DNA of 50,827 nt, from NCBI GenBank assembly GCA_002397465.1, contig DHAP01000051.1, forward strand, positions 50,545 to 101,371, written 5' to 3'. The notes under the pieces are model-generated. The model was not told where the DNA came from. It saw only the letters and a program-made list of their open reading frames with translations, and did no database searches. Positions within the stretch are counted from its first letter, which is position 1, and each line of letters starts with the position of its first letter. Positions 46,279-50,827 of this stretch are shown piece by piece. Source of the stretch: Bacillales bacterium UBA4951. Its GTDB lineage: Bacteria; Bacillota_I; Bacilli_A; RFN20; CAG-826. Both the position numbers and the translations under genes were made by a program.

Positions 46279-46410
46279 ATGAAAAAGAAAAAAACGAATG
46301 GGCTTTTGCTGATATTGCTGTCTTTGACGTGCGTGATGTCCGGGTTCGCCATAGGAAGCATCTCAAAAATCATTCAGCCATCTTCCGACGTCGTCATAAT
46401 TCATATATAA
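46279..46410 (+). CDS. Unannotated 43-aa peptide with signal/TM segment
   Basis: Read manually: MKKKKTNGLLLILLSLTCVMSGFAIGSISKIIQPSSDVVIIHI*; no clear SD. Confidence 0.45.
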   Translation: MKKKKTNGLLLILLSLTCVMSGFAIGSISKIIQPSSDVVIIHI

Positions 46411-46490
46411 ATGTCTCCGTTTCGTCGATGAACAATGACTACCCCGTTTTTTCGTGCTATTTATGGCGGCAGTCAATATAATAATCGGGC

Positions 46491-47267
46491 ATGAAAATCT
46501 CGGTAATCTTTCCAGTTAAAAACCAAACGGCGAAGCTCTTGGACAACATCAAGAACATCGCAATCCCATATTATGATTCCCTTAAGGGGATCACTTATGA
46601 ATTCATCATCGTGAGCGACGGGTCCAATGAGCCTAATCAAAAAGCCTTGGAGGAGCAGGTTCCTTCATTCCCTCTTCAGGTCCGCATTCTTCCTTATGAG
46701 AACCATTCTGGTAAGGGCCATAACGTCAAAAAAGGCATTTTGGCCGCGACCGGGGATTATGTCATGTTCATGGACGCCGACTTTGCGACCGACCTCCATG
46801 CCTTGGATATCATATTGCCTCAGATAAAAGAGCATTGGGCCTTCTTAGGAAGCCGCCATTGTCCAGGGAGTTCCATCGTAGGAAAAACACCATTTATCAG
46901 AGGGATGATTTCGTCGTTATCGCGGAAAATCATCAAACATCATTTCCATTTCTATGGCATTGACGACACTCAGTGCGGATACAAGCTCTTCGAGACGAAG
47001 ATGGCCAAAATGATGGTCAAACGCCAAATCAACGACGACTTTGCCTTTGACCTTGAGTACATTTTGTTTTTGAAGGTCAACAACCTTAGCCTCAAGGAAA
47101 TCCCGGTCATTTGGAAAAACGATTCGGATTCCAGCATGTCGAATCCTCTGAAATCAGCCTTTAAGTTTTATTTCGATATGTTTGCCATCAGACGAAACAA
47201 AAAGGCTTACATGCTGACTGACGAGGAGAGGAAAGAACTCCAAATCGAGCAGAAAGATGAAAAATAG
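46491..47267 (+). CDS. GT2 glycosyltransferase (polyprenol-phosphate hexosyltransferase-like)
   Basis: ISVIFP..N, VSDGS, GKGHNVKKG, FMDAD, DTQCGYKLF, FAFDLE. Confidence 0.88.
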   Translation: MKISVIFPVKNQTAKLLDNIKNIAIPYYDSLKGITYEFIIVSDGSNEPNQKALEEQVPSFPLQVRILPYENHSGKGHNVKKGILAATGDYVMFMDADFATDLHALDIILPQIKEHWAFLGSRHCPGSSIVGKTPFIRGMISSLSRKIIKHHFHFYGIDDTQCGYKLFETKMAKMMVKRQINDDFAFDLEYILFLKVNNLSLKEIPVIWKNDSDSSMSNPLKSAFKFYFDMFAIRRNKKAYMLTDEERKELQIEQKDEK

Positions 47268-47282
47268 AATAGGATAGTATTT

Positions 47283-48557
47283 ATGTTAATCGATCGTTGC
47301 GTAATAGAAGTCCGAAGCGGGAAGGGCGGCGATGGCGCCATATCTTTCCTTCACGACAAGAACACCGAATGGGGCGGCCCCGATGGCGGCAATGGCGGAA
47401 AAGGCGGATCCGTCTTCCTTTTGGCCAAAGCCAATCTCAACACCCTCTATAACTTCCGCCATAGCCGCGTCATCATGGCGATGGACGGCGAGAAGGGCCA
47501 TAAGCAAAACATGTATGGGCGGAGCGCCCCGGACGTCACCGTCGAGGTTCCGGTGGGGACCGTCGTCTCCATTGAAAGCACCGGCGAGGTTTTGGCTGAC
47601 CTCAAAAAAGAGGGCGACATCGTCATGGTTGCGAAAGGCGGACGTGGCGGCAGGGGAAACGTTTGTTTCAAGTCAAGCCGTCATCGTATCCCGAGAGTTG
47701 CCGAAAACGGACATCCTGGCGAGAAAAAGAGACTCGTTCTTGAACTCAAGATGTTAGCGGATGCCGGGCTTATCGGTTTCCCGAGCGTCGGAAAATCCAC
47801 CTTCTTGAACGTCGTTAGCCGGGCCAACGTCGAGACCGCCGATTATCCTTTCACCACCTTGATACCGAACTTGGGCGTCGTTCATCTTAAAGACGGCCGA
47901 AGCTTTGTCTTGGCTGATATGCCTGGCCTCATCAAAGGGGCTCATGAAGGCAAGGGATTAGGGATTCAGTTCCTTCGTCATATCGAACGCTGCCGCGTCT
48001 TGATCCACATGGTCTCGATGTCTGAGGAAAGAGACCCATATCAGGATTATCAGACCATCAACGACGAGCTAAAAGACTACGGGGCCGATCTTGAGAAGAG
48101 ACCGCAATTGGTCGTCGCCACCCGAATGGATGAAGAAGGCGCCGAGGAAAGAAAAGAGAAGTTCGACAAGCAGCTTGGCTTCAAGTCTTTGCCACTTTCT
48201 TCTTTGACCCATCTAGGCGTCGATCCTCTTCTTAAAAAAGCCATGGACCTCATCGAGAAGACGCCGGAGTTCCCACTAAAGGGAATCGTCACTGGCGGAG
48301 TCAAAGTTTACGATGCCCACCTAGACAAGCAAGCGGAGGATTTCGAGATTGTCAAACTCCGTCCTCATGTCTGGCATATTCAAGGAGAAAAGGTCGAAAA
48401 GACCTACGCTTTGATCAACATAACCACGGACGAAGGCATCGCCAAACTCGTGAAGTACCTCGACAAGATCGGAGTCGATGACAGACTCTATGACATGGGG
48501 GCTCAGGACGGGGATTCCGTCACGGTCGGCGAATTCGAGTTCATCTATACGAGATAA
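47283..48557 (+). CDS. obgE: GTPase ObgE
   Basis: GGPDGGNGGKGG, GFPSVGKST, YPFTT, DMPGLI, C-terminal OCT domain. Confidence 0.98.
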   Translation: MLIDRCVIEVRSGKGGDGAISFLHDKNTEWGGPDGGNGGKGGSVFLLAKANLNTLYNFRHSRVIMAMDGEKGHKQNMYGRSAPDVTVEVPVGTVVSIESTGEVLADLKKEGDIVMVAKGGRGGRGNVCFKSSRHRIPRVAENGHPGEKKRLVLELKMLADAGLIGFPSVGKSTFLNVVSRANVETADYPFTTLIPNLGVVHLKDGRSFVLADMPGLIKGAHEGKGLGIQFLRHIERCRVLIHMVSMSEERDPYQDYQTINDELKDYGADLEKRPQLVVATRMDEEGAEERKEKFDKQLGFKSLPLSSLTHLGVDPLLKKAMDLIEKTPEFPLKGIVTGGVKVYDAHLDKQAEDFEIVKLRPHVWHIQGEKVEKTYALINITTDEGIAKLVKYLDKIGVDDRLYDMGAQDGDSVTVGEFEFIYTR

Positions 48558-48598
48558 CTCGCCCACCCAACTCCGGCGCCTTTGGTTATAATAAAGCC

Positions 48599-48694
48599 AT
48601 GGATGAAGAAAAGAACCGGACATTGTGGGCTTCCGTCATAGCCGCATCTCTTATAATCGTCGTCGCGATTCTCTTCATCAGCATCTATCACTAG
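48599..48694 (+). CDS. Unannotated 31-aa single-TM peptide upstream of ruvA
   Basis: MDEEKNRTLWASVIAASLIIVVAILFISIYH*; TATAAT 6 nt upstream; stop one base before the ruvA ATG. Confidence 0.6.
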   Translation: MDEEKNRTLWASVIAASLIIVVAILFISIYH

Positions 48695-48695
48695 C

Positions 48696-49262
48696 ATGTA
48701 TTACTCATTCAAAGGAATCATCAAAGAAATCGGCAAGGACTCCATCGCCCTTGACGTCCATGACGTGACATATCTTCTTTTGGTTTCACGTCCGAATGAG
48801 TTTCATATCGGCGAAGAAAAAGAAGTCTTTGCCTATGAGGTCTATACCCAAGACGACCATTATCTAGCTGCCTTTTCCACGAAACTGGAGAAAGAGGCTT
48901 TTCTCTCTTTGATCCAAGTTAAGGGGATAGGCCCGAAAACCGCGTTGAACGCCTTGAAGGAAACGACGCCGGACGAACTTTTCAAAGCGATATCCGCCAA
49001 CAACACCTCATATCTGAAAAAACTACCTGGCATCGGGCCAAAAGCCGCGGCTCAGATCATCCTTGACCTCAAGGGAAAGCTCACGGAGACCGATGAGAAG
49101 GGCAATCCTAAGCAATATGATGAAGTCCGTCAGGCCCTTATTTCTCTCGGCTTCAAATCCAAGACGGTCGATGACGCGCTTTCGAAGATCAACGAACCTG
49201 GGCTTTCGAATCAGGAGATTCTGAAATTGGCCCTTAGAAGTTTACGTAAAGGAGTGGAATGA
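48696..49262 (+). CDS. ruvA: Holliday junction branch migration protein RuvA
   Basis: [39 protein letters not shown]. Confidence 0.96.
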   Translation: MYYSFKGIIKEIGKDSIALDVHDVTYLLLVSRPNEFHIGEEKEVFAYEVYTQDDHYLAAFSTKLEKEAFLSLIQVKGIGPKTALNALKETTPDELFKAISANNTSYLKKLPGIGPKAAAQIILDLKGKLTETDEKGNPKQYDEVRQALISLGFKSKTVDDALSKINEPGLSNQEILKLALRSLRKGVE

Positions 49263-50266
49263 TGAGCCGTCTTCTCGACGCCAACAAAGAAGAAGAAGAT
49301 ACCTCTTCGGAAAAAAGCCTCCGCCCCCAAACGCTCAAGGAATATGTGGGGCAGGAAAGCCTTAAGAAGAACCTTTCTATTTTCATCGCCGGCGCAAAGA
49401 AAAGAAACGAATGCCTCGACCATGTGTTGCTATACGGCCCCCCTGGACTTGGCAAAACCACCTTGGCTTACGTAATCGCCCACGAAATGGGCGGAAACAT
49501 CAAGACAATCAATGGCCCTTCGGTTGAAAAAGCCGGGGATTTGGCCGCTATTTTAAGCGAACTTGAGGCTGGTGATATCCTCTTCATCGATGAGATCCAT
49601 CGCCTTCCGCACGCCGTAGAGGAAGTCCTTTACGGAGCCATGGAAGATTTCAAGCTTTCGATTATGATCAACCGGGACGGAAACGCCAAAGCCCTCACGA
49701 TGGATCTTCCGCCTTTCACCTTGGTCGGAGCGACCACGAGGGCCGGCGATCTTTCTTCTCCTCTTAGAGCCCGCTTTGGCATCTCGGCCAAAATCGATTT
49801 TTATTCGCCGGAAGACATCGCGAAAATCATCACCAGAACCTCGAAGGTTTTAGGGATGCCGATCAACGCGAAAGCCACGAAACTCCTTTCCGAAAGAAGC
49901 CGTGGAACCCCGCGTATCGCCAACAGAATCTACAAGCGCGTCCGCGATTTTGCCTCCTATGAGGGAAAAGACGAAATAGACGAAGAAGTGGCCAAATACG
50001 CTTTGAGCGCCCTGAAGATAGACGAGCTTGGCCTCGATGACGTCGATTTGAAGTATTTAAGCACCATAATCGAGCGTTTTCACGGAGGCCCGGTCGGGCT
50101 TGAAAGCATCGCCTCTTCGATAGGCGAGGAAATCACCAATCTTGAAGACGTTTATGAGCCTTATTTGTTGATGATAGGCATGATAAACCGCACTCCTAGG
50201 GGCCGAGTCGCCACCGAGAAAGCATATGCCCATCTTCAAAAACCCCACCAAGGTTCGCTTTTTTAG
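49259..50266 (+). CDS. ruvB: Holliday junction DNA helicase RuvB
   Basis: [43 protein letters not shown]. Confidence 0.98.
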   Translation: MMSRLLDANKEEEDTSSEKSLRPQTLKEYVGQESLKKNLSIFIAGAKKRNECLDHVLLYGPPGLGKTTLAYVIAHEMGGNIKTINGPSVEKAGDLAAILSELEAGDILFIDEIHRLPHAVEEVLYGAMEDFKLSIMINRDGNAKALTMDLPPFTLVGATTRAGDLSSPLRARFGISAKIDFYSPEDIAKIITRTSKVLGMPINAKATKLLSERSRGTPRIANRIYKRVRDFASYEGKDEIDEEVAKYALSALKIDELGLDDVDLKYLSTIIERFHGGPVGLESIASSIGEEITNLEDVYEPYLLMIGMINRTPRGRVATEKAYAHLQKPHQGSLF

Positions 50267-50362
50267 AAAATCGCTTCTTGTATATGTGCGCGCGGGTGCG
50301 TAAACTAGTAACCGCCTACCTGTGCATTTTTTAATGTTTGCACCGGAGTTCGGAGGAATATT

Positions 50363-50827
50363 ATGCGTCGTAAATTAGCTTACATTTTGCTCAGTGCCGC
50401 CATCATTTTCGGGGCTGGGGTCACTATGGCCACGACGATCACGAATCTTGACAGCGATGTCACTTATGGCTCAGGCCAGGACATGTATTTCAAGATTTCC
50501 GATTTAGCAAGCACCGAATCGCCTTATAACGGCGTGAAACCGGAAAGTTACATCACGGACGACAACTATGTCGCCGTCAACGCAGTCGGCGATGAAATCG
50601 AATCTAGGCTCAAGACCTGGGGCGTCAACGCCGAGGTCACCAAAGAAGGATATGATACCGTCAAAGTGTCGATCCGCAGCCAACAAGCCGATGAAACCGA
50701 ATATCAATACCTCCAGTCATACCTCGCTTTTAGCGGTGGCCATTTGACCATCACCGCCGGCAGTTCCACAGCCTCCGTCCAGACTGAAGCCGACCAGACC
50801 TATTTAGGAAACGAATACATCGACAAC
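50363..50827 (+). CDS. Divergent SecD/SecDF-like protein (3' truncated by window)
   Basis: GGAGG SD; N-terminal TM helix; EIESRLKTWGVNAEVTKEGYDTVKV resembles the SecD P1 motif; position after ruvB. Confidence 0.6.
   Translation, partial: MRRKLAYILLSAAIIFGAGVTMATTITNLDSDVTYGSGQDMYFKISDLASTESPYNGVKPESYITDDNYVAVNAVGDEIESRLKTWGVNAEVTKEGYDTVKVSIRSQQADETEYQYLQSYLAFSGGHLTITAGSSTASVQTEADQTYLGNEYIDN

Noticed and set aside
1-50827. UGA=Trp recoding as in Mycoplasma
   Set aside because: Conserved genes (pheT, rsmH, mutS2, uvrC, lon) end at TGA at their expected C-termini, and Trp is encoded by TGG.

Overview
Core-chromosome segment of a reduced-genome member of the Bacilli, read in the standard genetic code (TGA used as stop). 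It resembles the uncultured Erysipelotrichales/Mollicutes-adjacent lineages; that placement is inference. Gene order follows the Bacillus/Staphylococcus backbone: trmH-pheST, yceD-mraZ-rsmH-ftsA-ftsZ-ileS-lspA-rluD, rnhC/mutS2-uvrC-tRNA-Arg, tig-lon-engB, valS, rplU-prp-rpmA, obg, ruvAB-secD(F). The peptidoglycan, elongasome and accessory divisome genes that normally sit at these junctions (pbp/mur/mraY/ftsW/divIB, sepF/divIVA, zapA, murI, mreBCD/minCD) are absent, which suggests a wall-less or wall-reduced cell. Regulatory elements read directly from sequence: three T-box riboswitches (Phe, Ile, Val), a CIRCE over the lon promoter, MraZ boxes, a PucR/CdaR-type palindrome before an msmX-like ATPase, an ArsR operator and a probable L21 leader. 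Most notable oddities: a DUF523 (TudS-like) enzyme fused to a tail with about 26 Tyr-Gly repeats and coupled to an ECF S-component; a lipoprotein with a PNPOx-like split-barrel domain behind an operator-rich promoter; about 13 genes with a leaderless promoter architecture; an FtsA lacking its membrane-targeting helix; and small unannotated membrane peptides, one with a bacteriocin-like leader. No integrase, transposase or CRISPR array was seen.
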